Virus record (IMG/VR): IMGVR_UViG_3300029822_000952
Strand: one strand, 5' to 3'
DNA: 22,043 bases
Source: a virus
Position numbers and translations under genes: made by a program. Positions 1-7,431 of this stretch are shown piece after piece. A model generated the notes under the pieces. It ran no database searches and was not told the origin of the DNA. It saw nothing but the letters and a program-made list of their open reading frames with translations. Every line of letters begins with the position of its first letter. Position 1 is the stretch's first letter.

Positions 1-211
1 TCGAGGTGCCGCGGGGCGAGGCGGGGGAGGGGTTGAAAAATCAGAGGGCTGCCTAGCTTCCGGAAGCCTGGAGGATGATACCTACCTGCAAACTCTTATT
101 ATGCATCTAACCGTATACCAGTCCGGGCAGGGGGTAACAGACTAGTCCTCTGTTATTGTTCATTCATCATCTTCATACCCCTGTCCTCCTTATTACCTAA
201 CGATTAAATTC

Positions 212-238
212 ATGTGGAAACCATTATTATATCCACAT
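212..238 (+). promoter_or_regulatory. Putative pilin promoter: TATA-like TTATTATA (224-231) flanked by the inverted repeat ATGTGGA/TCCACAT
   Basis: ATGTGGA 212-218 and TCCACAT 232-238 are exact reverse complements; TATA-like box lies about 50 nt upstream of ATG 281. Confidence 0.5.
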
Positions 239-280
239 CGTAATCTCGCCTCCGTGGGGAGACCCACAAGAGGACTAGAG

Positions 281-730
281 ATGAGATTTGTAAAAAAGAA
301 CTGGAAGGACCGCAAGGGTGTGTCCCCGGTCATCGCCACCATCCTGATGGTCGCGATCACCGTGGTGCTGGCCGCGGTGCTGTATGTGATGGTAATGGGC
401 TTCGGCGGCGACAACGGCGGGCAGGCCCCGGCGTTCAGCGTGACCAAGGACGCATCCAACAAGAGATTTACCGTCAGCATCAACCCGGCCACGGACATCA
501 GCAGCTTCAAGGTGAAGGTCGGAGACTCGACCGCTGTGGATCTGTCTGCCCTCACCGGAGATCTAAAGTTTATTGATGCAGGCGGCGATACCAAGGTCAG
601 TAGCGGCGATTATTTCACCTACACCCCTGGGACTGTTGATACTATCGTTGACATCCTATGGGTTAATGGAGACTCCAGCCAGGTGGTAGCGACCTTCACC
701 GTGTCGCTCCCCGCGCCAGCTGATCCTTAA
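281..730 (+). CDS. Archaeal type IV pilin (class III signal peptide; Pilin_N/DUF1628-like), 149 aa
   Basis: MRFVKKNWKDRKG|VSPVIATILMVAITVVLAAVLYVMV: basic leader, G cleavage site, hydrophobic helix; start re-set from 212 to ATG 281. Confidence 0.9.
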   Translation: MRFVKKNWKDRKGVSPVIATILMVAITVVLAAVLYVMVMGFGGDNGGQAPAFSVTKDASNKRFTVSINPATDISSFKVKVGDSTAVDLSALTGDLKFIDAGGDTKVSSGDYFTYTPGTVDTIVDILWVNGDSSQVVATFTVSLPAPADP

Positions 731-750
731 GCCTGACCCGACTCAAACCC

Positions 751-762
751 CTTATTTTTTTC
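751..762 (+). terminator. Oligo-T archaeal terminator after pilin
   Basis: CTTATTTTTTTC 21 nt after the stop codon. Confidence 0.55.
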
Positions 763-903
763 AATTACCACTTTCAGCCGTTCAGAACGCTCTTTTTAGG
801 GCGGCCAGTCTCTATTTTTCTCTCGAATGATGAGGGTAATATTCGGCCACCTCCCCCCACTCGACGTTTATATCCGTCGCTCAATCGAGGCCGGGCCCGG
901 AGG

Positions 904-1098
904 ATGGGGGGCGAGGATGGAGACCAGATGAAATCATCGTTGGAAACAGAAAAATTGCTGGAATATGTCTATCAGCGTCAGGCCGCCCTAGTTCGGCCAG
1001 ATGAACGCGATACGCATCCATTGCTGAACGAGCTGGCCGACATAATTATCGAGATAAAAGACCGAACGTTTGAGGAAATCGACCGAATGAGGCGTTAA
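904..1098 (+). CDS. Hypothetical protein, 64 aa (alternative start 928)
   Basis: TTTATAT box at 867-873 about 30 nt upstream; stop overlaps the stop of the convergent wHTH gene (TTAA 1095-1098). Confidence 0.55.
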   Translation: MGGEDGDQMKSSLETEKLLEYVYQRQAALVRPDERDTHPLLNELADIIIEIKDRTFEEIDRMRR

Positions 1099-1397
1099 TC
1101 CTCGGCAACATACGCCTCGATCTCGGCCAACTTGTCGGCGACGAACTGGCCGCGCTCGGTCAGTGTGTAGTTGTACGTGAGATAGGGCCGCTCAATGGTC
1201 TCCTTTCGAACCAATCCAGCCTCTATCAACTCTGCCAGGACATCCTTCAGCCTGTAATAATTCCCGGGTATCCCTCGGATGTCCTGGGTCTGTATCATCC
1301 TTGAATCTCGTATGAGCATGATCAGCTGTATGGTTCCCGCCTTCGCCAGTAATGCCATAATCTGACTGCTCAATGGTATTCCCGACTCAAAAAACAT
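1095..1397 (-). CDS. Winged-helix transcriptional regulator (HxlR/MarR-like), putative repressor, 100 aa
   Basis: MFFESGIPL...YYRLKDVLAELIEAGLVRKE...YNYTLTERG: HTH plus wing with the typical Y.LT..G motif; the upstream part of the 218-aa track ORF is antisense to the 1519 gene. Confidence 0.8.
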   Translation of the reverse strand: MFFESGIPLSSQIMALLAKAGTIQLIMLIRDSRMIQTQDIRGIPGNYYRLKDVLAELIEAGLVRKETIERPYLTYNYTLTERGQFVADKLAEIEAYVAED

Positions 1398-1518
1398 TGG
1401 TACAGTTAAGAAGTATTGTATTCTTCTTGTCGAGTAGTATATAGAAATCAATTTATAATCTATAGCTCCAATCACCGCCGACCGTGTACCAATTGGTACT
1501 CGGTATGGAGATGAGAAA
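1398..1518. promoter_or_regulatory. Divergent promoter/operator region (lysogeny switch-like)
   Basis: AT-rich; TTTATAAT 1452-1459; perfect 14-bp palindrome GTACCAATTGGTAC 1486-1499; half-site ATTGGTAC 1396-1403; AAGAAG/CTTCTT inverted repeat 1408-1428. Confidence 0.7.
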
Positions 1519-1869
1519 ATGCAACCCGAACCACAGATTGTGAAACTACTCGTCGCCAACGGCCTCCGGCCGGCGGAGGCGAGAACGCTGGCCTGCTGGA
1601 ACGAAGATGACGACGAGCTGACCCAGCTCGACATGGAGAACATAGCTGGACTGAGGCAGCCAGAGGTTAGTCTGGCCGTCTGCGAGATGCGCCGCCGTGG
1701 CTGGCTGCGACAGATCGCCAAGCGGAAGCCCGAGCGTGGAGCACCCGTCAAGGTCTACACCCTCGCCATACCCATGCGTGACATCGTGCGCGAGATCGTG
1801 GCCGAGCGCACCAGGGAGATAGACCAGGCCCAGGAGCTGACCGTCCAGCTGCTTCAGGCGGTAGCGTGA
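1519..1869 (+). CDS. Winged-helix transcriptional regulator (TrmB/ArsR-like), 116 aa
   Basis: LTQLDMENIAGLRQPEVSLAVCEMRRRGWL...GAPVKVYTL; GGAG upstream; divergent from the 1095-1397 gene. Confidence 0.8.
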   Translation: MQPEPQIVKLLVANGLRPAEARTLACWNEDDDELTQLDMENIAGLRQPEVSLAVCEMRRRGWLRQIAKRKPERGAPVKVYTLAIPMRDIVREIVAERTREIDQAQELTVQLLQAVA

Positions 1870-2048
1870 TGCCAGACTACGAACTTATCAACATAATGGC
1901 CGACCGGGACCGCCGTGAATGTGAGGCCGAGATCAAGGCCGCAGAATACGACGCCTGGGCCGAGCAGATCGCCGCCTTGCGCCTCACTCCCGACATGCCG
2001 CCCGAGGCCATCCACGACATGATCGCCAACGCCCTGGGGGAGGAATGA
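1869..2048 (+). CDS. Hypothetical protein, 59 aa
   Basis: TGATG coupling to the upstream gene and ATGA coupling downstream. Confidence 0.6.
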   Translation: MPDYELINIMADRDRRECEAEIKAAEYDAWAEQIAALRLTPDMPPEAIHDMIANALGEE

Positions 2049-2500
2049 GCATGGTCGCCAAGATACTCGATCCAAGCCTCCTCACCTACGAGCCCCGGAG
2101 GGAAAGGAACTACGAGAAGCTGAAAAAAGCCCTTGGAGAATATGGCGCCCCTGGTGAGTGGGGATTCAAGTACGTCTTCAAGGGCTATGGCTATCGCCAG
2201 TCCACTATGCAGTACGGCGTCGAACTGGCAGTCCCCCAGGGCTGCCAGGACCTCGACGGTGTCAAAGCCGAGGTCCTGGAGATCGTCCAGCACCTAAGGG
2301 CCGCTGAGGGAATAAAGATCATCCAGATAAACGAGCACACCCACGGAGACTTTGGCGTCTGGCAGCTGGAGTACTGTCCAGAGTATGACCGCTGGGACAT
2401 GACCAGGCAATATTACATGCGCGTGGTCGAGAGATACAGCGGCACGCTCGATGAGATGATGGACAGGATCGCCAGAAACCACTACGTGGAGGTGGCGTGA
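2045..2500 (+). CDS. Hypothetical protein, 151 aa
   Basis: GGGGAGG RBS, ATGA overlap, coding-like composition. Confidence 0.7.
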   Translation: MSMVAKILDPSLLTYEPRRERNYEKLKKALGEYGAPGEWGFKYVFKGYGYRQSTMQYGVELAVPQGCQDLDGVKAEVLEIVQHLRAAEGIKIIQINEHTHGDFGVWQLEYCPEYDRWDMTRQYYMRVVERYSGTLDEMMDRIARNHYVEVA

Positions 2501-2502
2501 GC

Positions 2503-2763
2503 ATGTCCGAGGTCAAGATCACCGCCATGCTCGACCTGGTCAAGGGCGATGCGTCCTGGGAGGAGGTCGGCCGGGACCTAGGGGCGTTCCTGGATGCCAA
2601 TACCCCGGAACTCGACCCCGCCGACGTCGTGCTGGAGGTCAGCTACATCCCCGAGGACGGCGACATCCTCCTGCGGCTGCCCGGACACATGAGCATCTGG
2701 CTCCCCAAATGGCAGCTGGAGAAGGCCATAACGATGGCGGTCCAGAAGGAGGCCGGAGTGTGA
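2503..2763 (+). CDS. Hypothetical protein, 86 aa
   Basis: GGAGGTG RBS; stop directly abuts the integrase ATG. Confidence 0.65.
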   Translation: MSEVKITAMLDLVKGDASWEEVGRDLGAFLDANTPELDPADVVLEVSYIPEDGDILLRLPGHMSIWLPKWQLEKAITMAVQKEAGV

Positions 2764-3807
2764 ATGCCGCCCTCCGAACGCAACGCTCTGGAGTTGATCG
2801 ACGAATACCTGGGGAAAAAGGTTCGTCGTGGCCGACTGAGCCAGGGAAAAGCCGACGCATACCGCGCCAGGTTGATGATCGCTCTGGACTCCCTGCGCGA
2901 CGCTGGGCTGGGCTGCACCCCGTCCACCATCGGGGAGCCGGAGATCGAGCACATACTGGACGTGACCTTCGGGCACGAACGCCCCCGCTCGAAGCGCTGG
3001 GACGTGTCGATCCTGAACGGCTACCTCAAGCACTACGGGAACAAGGTCATCGACGAAATGATGATTACCTGGCCCCAGGACGGCCGGGTGAACGTGGACT
3101 GGCTCTCATCGCAGGAAGCGGTGGCCATGCTGGAGGCCGCCCGGCCGGGCATCGAACAACTGGTCGTCCATCTGGAGCTGCGCCTATGGTTGCGTCGCAT
3201 CGAGGTCCAGCGGATGACGCCGGAGGACATCCAAGAGATGAGGATGCTCGATCCGGAGACGGAGGAGGAGTTCGACGGCTTCATCCACATCCACGGCAAG
3301 GGCCGGGCCGGCGGAAAATGGCGGACGCTGCCATACGCTCCGGAGACCAAGGACATACTGCGGGAGTACGACCGCCAGCGCGAACGGATGATCGCCAAGG
3401 CCAGGGAGATCGACCCGCAGGCACAGCTCCCGAGGGACGAGAACGGCCGGGAGGTCTACGTGATCTACCGACGCCGGGGCCGTTTGGGAGCTTACTCGAA
3501 ATCGGGCATCGACAGCATCGTGGCCAGGGTGGCCAAGAGGGCCGGGATAGCCAGGACCATCACCAATCACACGCTGCGCAGGACCGGAGCGCGGATAGCG
3601 TACTTCGCCGGCGTGCTGCTGGTGGAGATCATGGAGGGGCTGGGCCACTCGTCGGAGAAGGAGACCATCAAGTATCTCGGGCTGACCGTGAACGAGCTTT
3701 CCAGGGCGCAGGCGAAGGTGCATCAGTACCTGCAACGCGTCAAGGCGAGAATGAAGGACGGAGCGCCGCCGGTCGCCCCGTCGGAAGGGGCGAGGGTGTC
3801 GGGATGA
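2764..3807 (+). CDS. int: Tyrosine recombinase/integrase, 347 aa
   Basis: Catalytic set present: R (LWLRRIEV), K (HGKGR..GKWR), H-x-x-R (NHTLRR), LGH, Y (TIKYLG). Confidence 0.93.
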   Translation: MPPSERNALELIDEYLGKKVRRGRLSQGKADAYRARLMIALDSLRDAGLGCTPSTIGEPEIEHILDVTFGHERPRSKRWDVSILNGYLKHYGNKVIDEMMITWPQDGRVNVDWLSSQEAVAMLEAARPGIEQLVVHLELRLWLRRIEVQRMTPEDIQEMRMLDPETEEEFDGFIHIHGKGRAGGKWRTLPYAPETKDILREYDRQRERMIAKAREIDPQAQLPRDENGREVYVIYRRRGRLGAYSKSGIDSIVARVAKRAGIARTITNHTLRRTGARIAYFAGVLLVEIMEGLGHSSEKETIKYLGLTVNELSRAQAKVHQYLQRVKARMKDGAPPVAPSEGARVSG

Positions 3808-4049
3808 TTGTACAGAAGTGTTCAGGGCAAAAAAAGAAGGTAGCCAGTAAGGTGGAGTGGGCTCTGCCGGATTTGACCATCCCACCCAGACTGGAAAATC
3901 TGCAAAATGCCCCTGAAAAAACCCTAGAAAATGGCCCGAAAACTCACGCTCTCGCCGACGAAATGAAGCGGTGGGCACATAGGGCGTACATCCTCAACAG
4001 CGCCGTAGCGGCTGAGCGCCTAGTAGTCATCGAGGAGGCTGGACCATGA
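3804..4049 (+). CDS. Possible 81-aa ORF spanning the attP site
   Basis: ATGA overlap with integrase stop and ATGA overlap with the next gene; no recognisable domain. Confidence 0.4.
   Translation: MIVQKCSGQKKKVASKVEWALPDLTIPPRLENLQNAPEKTLENGPKTHALADEMKRWAHRAYILNSAVAAERLVVIEEAGP
3853..3878 (-). other. attP-like site: tRNA 3' end (T-loop, T-stem, acceptor strand)
   Basis: Minus strand reads GGTCAAATCCGGCAGAGCCCACTCCA = TCAAAT T-loop + CCGGC T-stem + AGAGCCC acceptor strand + A discriminator; 46 nt after integrase; T7 tract follows on the minus strand (3835-3829); no 5' tRNA half present. Confidence 0.75.
3891..3943. repeat. Five phased A-tracts beside attP
   Basis: A-tracts start at 3895, 3904, 3916, 3928, 3939 (spacing 9, 12, 12, 11). 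Confidence 0.6.
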
Positions 4050-4186
4050 GCACCATCCTCATGCAGTGCGACCGCTGCCACCGCGTTTACACCGTTGACA
4101 CGGTGCGCGACCGCATGATCTGCCCGGCCTGCCGCGCTCAGACCTCGCAGCAGCTCATCATCCGCCTGCCGGTCGAGGTGATCTGA
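4046..4186 (+). CDS. Zinc-ribbon microprotein, 46 aa
   Basis: Hand translation MSTILMQCDRCHRVYTVDTVRDRMICPACRAQ...EVI; CxxC...CxxC; GAGGAGG RBS; coupled at both ends. Confidence 0.7.
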   Translation: MSTILMQCDRCHRVYTVDTVRDRMICPACRAQTSQQLIIRLPVEVI

Positions 4187-4368
4187 TGGCCGAGCAGTCG
4201 GAACCCATTCACAGGTGCGAATGCGGGTCCGAGGAGGGGGTCACCGAGATGTTGGGCTGCCTGCCGCTCATGTCATGGTGCGCTCGCTGCGGCAAGGCAT
4301 ACGACCCATGGAACGGTTTCATACGGGTGCCAAGCCAGGACCGCCCGCTCATCGAGGAGGTGATCTGA
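4186..4368 (+). CDS. Zinc-finger microprotein, 60 aa
   Basis: HRCECG...WCARCG; GAGGTGA RBS; TGATG coupling. Confidence 0.7.
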   Translation: MAEQSEPIHRCECGSEEGVTEMLGCLPLMSWCARCGKAYDPWNGFIRVPSQDRPLIEEVI

Positions 4369-4674
4369 ATGGCGGCCATCGAGATCTCGTTCCGGCCGGA
4401 CATGCGGGAGGCCATCGTCGCCGGCCGCAAGTGCTGCACATCGCGGACCAGCTGCAAGGGGCGGCCGGGCGACACGTTCGCCATAGGCACTCGCCAGTAT
4501 CGATTGACTGCCGTCCGCCGCCACCCGCTTCACTACGTCGCCTCGGTGCTCTACAAAGATGAGGGCGTCGACAGCCCGGCGGAGTTCGGCGCCCTCTGGG
4601 CCGAGATATACCCAGTACGTGGATGCGACCCGTTCCAGCTCGTCTGGGTCCACCATTTCGAGGAGGTGGCCTGA
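4369..4674 (+). CDS. ASCH-domain protein (YqfB-like), 101 aa
   Basis: ISF...AIVAGRKCCTSR...GD...YKDEG...AEIYP matches the ASCH G-x-K-x-x-T-x-R motif and downstream E. Confidence 0.85.
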   Translation: MAAIEISFRPDMREAIVAGRKCCTSRTSCKGRPGDTFAIGTRQYRLTAVRRHPLHYVASVLYKDEGVDSPAEFGALWAEIYPVRGCDPFQLVWVHHFEEVA

Positions 4675-4835
4675 TGCACACGCCAGGATGCCGGACCTGT
4701 GCCCACCAAGGCCAGATGCCGGACCTGCCGCCCTGCTCCGTATGCAGCCGCACATACTCGCTGCAATGGGAGCCGACGGCCACGGCGGCCACGCTGATCG
4801 GCATCATCCAGGACGACCCGGCCGGGGTGATCTGA
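4674..4835 (+). CDS. Zinc-finger microprotein, 53 aa
   Basis: MHTPGCRTCAH...PPCSVCSR; GAGGAGGTG RBS; TGATG coupling. Confidence 0.65.
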   Translation: MHTPGCRTCAHQGQMPDLPPCSVCSRTYSLQWEPTATAATLIGIIQDDPAGVI

Positions 4836-5041
4836 TGCGCGACCTACCATCTTGGACCGCTGCCCTGGTCGAGGAAGTGGACATCGACGCCGACGCGCAT
4901 GCTCAGGTCGGGCATTGCGACCACGCAGCTTTCTCCTCCGCACATCGGGCGGTCTGCTACGCCCGGCACAGCGCGGCGGATACAGTCATCGTCTACGACC
5001 GCGACGGCAACATAATCTTCCCTGAGGAGGCGAGCCTGTGA
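4835..5041 (+). CDS. Hypothetical protein, 68 aa
   Basis: MRDLPSWTAALVEE...; GGGGTGA RBS; TGATG coupling. Confidence 0.6.
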   Translation: MRDLPSWTAALVEEVDIDADAHAQVGHCDHAAFSSAHRAVCYARHSAADTVIVYDRDGNIIFPEEASL

Positions 5042-5148
5042 GCTACCCCGATTCTTCGGCATCGGTGTTCCTCGCCGTCGAGGTCCTGGCGTTCATGTCG
5101 CTGTGGGCCGGCATGATCCTATGGGCGTTCCTGTCCGTGGCGGGGTAG
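5038..5148 (+). CDS. Small membrane protein, 36 aa
   Basis: GTG start overlapping the upstream TGA, GAGGAGG RBS; hydrophobic SVFLAVEVLAFMSLWAGMILWAFLSVAG. Confidence 0.55.
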   Translation: MSYPDSSASVFLAVEVLAFMSLWAGMILWAFLSVAG

Positions 5149-5156
5149 GTGATCGC

Positions 5157-5501
5157 GTGAAATGCCCTCTCAAGCCCGGCCTAACGTGCCGTGCGGGCCT
5201 CGCAGAGGTCGAGGGGACGCCCTGTCCCGGATGCCCGGCAGGACGCGCTAACGGCCGTCCTGCGGCCTCCGGCGACCTGCCCCTATCGCCCCCTCTAGCA
5301 GCCCTCCGGAGGCAGCTCCGGGACCGCCTCGCGGAGGTCGAAACGACCCCCCGGAGAGTGCCAAAAGTAAAGACTACGAGTAAAGACCTTGTAAAGAGCA
5401 AAAGTAAAGACTTTTTTTCGGCGTCTGGCTCCGAGGCGAGTAAAGACCTCGAAGTAAAGACCCGAGTAAAGACCCTTTACTTTGCCGGGGTGGCTCCATG
5501 A
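5157..5501 (+). CDS. Cys-rich protein (CPLKPG.C...CPGC), 114 aa; 3' half overlaps the iteron array
   Basis: GTG start after AGGTGAT; N-terminus paralogous to 13746-13922. Confidence 0.6.
   Translation: MKCPLKPGLTCRAGLAEVEGTPCPGCPAGRANGRPAASGDLPLSPPLAALRRQLRDRLAEVETTPRRVPKVKTTSKDLVKSKSKDFFSASGSEASKDLEVKTRVKTLYFAGVAP
5366..5481 (+). repeat. Iteron-like AGTAAAGAC array (putative replication origin)
   Basis: Exact copies at 5366, 5379, 5403, 5439, 5453, 5465; variant GTAAAGAG at 5391; inverted CTTTACT at 5475-5481; further copy at 5753 inside the next gene. Confidence 0.8.
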
Positions 5502-6697
5502 AGAACATCCGCCTCCACCCCACCCGCCGGAGGGTCTACGAACTGCTAGTAGACGGGGCTGCCCCGGGGGTCGGTCTTGCCCCTACCAGCATCATTGATC
5601 TGATGAACAAGGAAGGCAAGATAACACCGCAGCGGGTTTATCAGATTATCAGGGAGTTGAGGAAAGAAGGCTATGTCCGGCAGATAACGGGCTCCAGCAT
5701 GTACGTCCGTGGTCGTAAGGCCGCGATGCTGGACTATCTCATCAGCTCGGAGAGTAAAGACCTTGTAAACCCCTCTAACGGAGGGGGTCCGATTGCCCAT
5801 TATCCGAGTCAAGGGCATAATAATGGACCCGCAACCCCAATTTTTGAGACCTTCGTCCCGACCGCCGAGGCCCACGTTAACGGCCGTTACATCTACCCCG
5901 TCCTGCGCGTCGGGGAGTTATACGAGCCGTTCCGCGTCCGGGACGAGCAGGGCGAGATCTCCGAGTGCGTGGTATGGGACCCCGAGCCACGACAGCTCCG
6001 AGGCGTGACCTACTACACCGGCCGGGTGCCCATCCACGGCGGCATGACCATCCAGTATTGGCAAGGGGCCGTCGAGCAGTCCCTCCATATCTGGCCGACG
6101 CCGGTGACGCTGCTCCCGGGACGCGTCCACGAGGCCGAGGGCGACCTGGCAGCCAAGGCCCAGGACGCCGCCAACTGGCTCGGCCGCTTCGGCGGCTGGC
6201 GTCTGGGCGTGCCAAGATTTTCGAGCAACGAGGACGGCCCGGGCATCCATTACGCCTGCAATGATCCGGCCATAGTCGGCAATTTCCCCGAGGGATTCAA
6301 GCCCGACAACGGGGCCGGATACTGGCTGGACAGCACCCCGCCCCCCAGGTCCTACGAGACCACCGACGCTGAGCGCATGGAGGCCACCGTCAATTTTGCG
6401 GCCATCACCCGCGACCTCAAGCGGGGCCAGGCATCCCTCGGCCAGGGCGTCGCCGCGATGGAGGCCGCCATCGAGCGCCGCCAGCTGGAGGTGCTACAGC
6501 TCCGCTATGACGCCCTGGGCCAGCAGGCCGAGCTATGGCAGGCCATCGGCGACATGTCGGAGATACAGCTCCGCACCATCCACGCCCAGCACATCCAGGC
6601 GCACGTCGGCGGCCCAGGCCCTGGACCATCAGACCCCGCCACCGCCAGCACCACGGACAGTGACCCCGACGCCCGCAAGGGAGGCATGTACCAATGA
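5498..6697 (+). CDS. wHTH-domain protein, putative replication initiator, 399 aa
   Basis: N-terminal wHTH (ITPQRVYQIIRELRKEGYV), C-terminal coiled coil; directly downstream of the iterons and contains one. The Rep role is inferred from context only. Confidence 0.55.
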   Translation: MKNIRLHPTRRRVYELLVDGAAPGVGLAPTSIIDLMNKEGKITPQRVYQIIRELRKEGYVRQITGSSMYVRGRKAAMLDYLISSESKDLVNPSNGGGPIAHYPSQGHNNGPATPIFETFVPTAEAHVNGRYIYPVLRVGELYEPFRVRDEQGEISECVVWDPEPRQLRGVTYYTGRVPIHGGMTIQYWQGAVEQSLHIWPTPVTLLPGRVHEAEGDLAAKAQDAANWLGRFGGWRLGVPRFSSNEDGPGIHYACNDPAIVGNFPEGFKPDNGAGYWLDSTPPPRSYETTDAERMEATVNFAAITRDLKRGQASLGQGVAAMEAAIERRQLEVLQLRYDALGQQAELWQAIGDMSEIQLRTIHAQHIQAHVGGPGPGPSDPATASTTDSDPDARKGGMYQ

Positions 6698-7113
6698 GGA
6701 CAGACTACGACGACACCATAGCACAGATCGAGCAGGAGTACCGCAGAGGAGAGTACAGCGACCTGGACGCCGACCCCGAGGCCGAGGCCAGGGCCAGGTC
6801 CAGGCAGGAGCAGGAGGCGCTAGACAAGGACCGCAAGCGGGCGCGAGGATCCAGGAGGCTCGCAGAGGTCGCCTTCACCCCCAGTGGCCTGCCGGCCATC
6901 CGCAACGACGGCCGCACCCTGGCCGACGTGGAGCTGGAGCTGGCGGCCGGTCGGTACGGCTACCGCGCCGAGCCCTGGACCGGCCCTACCGGCCCAATGG
7001 CCGTCCCCGAGGTGGCCGACTCCCCGCAGCGGTTCCGCGCTCTCATCGACGCCTGGGAGCGCGACCCGGCCGCCTACCTGGCCGAGCTGCGCCGCAGGGG
7101 GCTGGTGCGATGA
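6694..7113 (+). CDS. Hypothetical protein, 139 aa
   Basis: GGGAGG RBS, ATGA coupling at both ends. Confidence 0.7.
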   Translation: MRTDYDDTIAQIEQEYRRGEYSDLDADPEAEARARSRQEQEALDKDRKRARGSRRLAEVAFTPSGLPAIRNDGRTLADVELELAAGRYGYRAEPWTGPTGPMAVPEVADSPQRFRALIDAWERDPAAYLAELRRRGLVR

Positions 7114-7280
7114 TCGAGCTGACGCGCCGACGCTATCGCTGCCCGGACCCATGCGTCTACAAATGCGTCATTGAGATGACATCCCAGTATGTCAAAAATC
7201 CCATCCAATGCGCCTACGGTCGTGGATGGATATACGACTGGATACTGCTCGATGAGCCGGCCGGGGGTGAGCGGCGATGA
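7110..7280 (+). CDS. Cys-rich microprotein, 56 aa (paralog of 13922-14089)
   Basis: MIELTRRRYRCPDPCVYKC...C...IYDWILLDEPAGGERR. Confidence 0.7.
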   Translation: MIELTRRRYRCPDPCVYKCVIEMTSQYVKNPIQCAYGRGWIYDWILLDEPAGGERR

Positions 7281-7431
7281 TCCAGCAGGGCGAGATCCCC
7301 GACTGCTACGGTATCGAGTGCTGCGATGAGTGCGCGATCGACTGCCCATTTTACATGGACTGCGAGGCCGACAGCCGAGAGGACGAGGATGACGACTGGG
7401 TTGGCGATGGCCTGGGGGGTGAGTGAGCATG
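7259..7431 (+). repeat. 173-bp exact direct repeat, copy 1
   Basis: Identical by eye to 14454-14626 (offset 7195). Confidence 0.95.
7277..7426 (+). CDS. Acidic Cys-rich microprotein, 49 aa, copy 1
   Basis: MIQQGEIPDCYGIECCDECAIDCPFYMDCEADSREDEDDDWVGDGLGGE; RBS and ATGA coupling. Confidence 0.7.
   Translation: MIQQGEIPDCYGIECCDECAIDCPFYMDCEADSREDEDDDWVGDGLGGE

Noticed and set aside
1-70. Terminal inverted repeats of a linear genome or transposon
   Set aside because: The matches to the far end (12 bp at 31-42, CCGGAAGCC at 60-68) are short and not colinear; no protein-primed polymerase or transposase
1398-1751. N-terminal 118 aa of the 218-aa minus-strand ORF
   Set aside because: Antisense to the 1519 wHTH gene and crosses the promoter region; the wHTH domain starts at ATG 1397
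3853-3878. Complete tRNA gene
   Set aside because: Only the T-loop-to-3' part is present; no D or anticodon arm and no matching 5' acceptor strand nearby
2709-4049. 446-aa ORF in the track
   Set aside because: Low-complexity alternative frame over the integrase; only the part from ATG 3804 is possibly real
5366-5481. CRISPR or mini-array interpretation of the AGTAAAGAC repeats
   Set aside because: Repeats are 9 bp with 2-5 bp gaps, too short for repeat-spacer units
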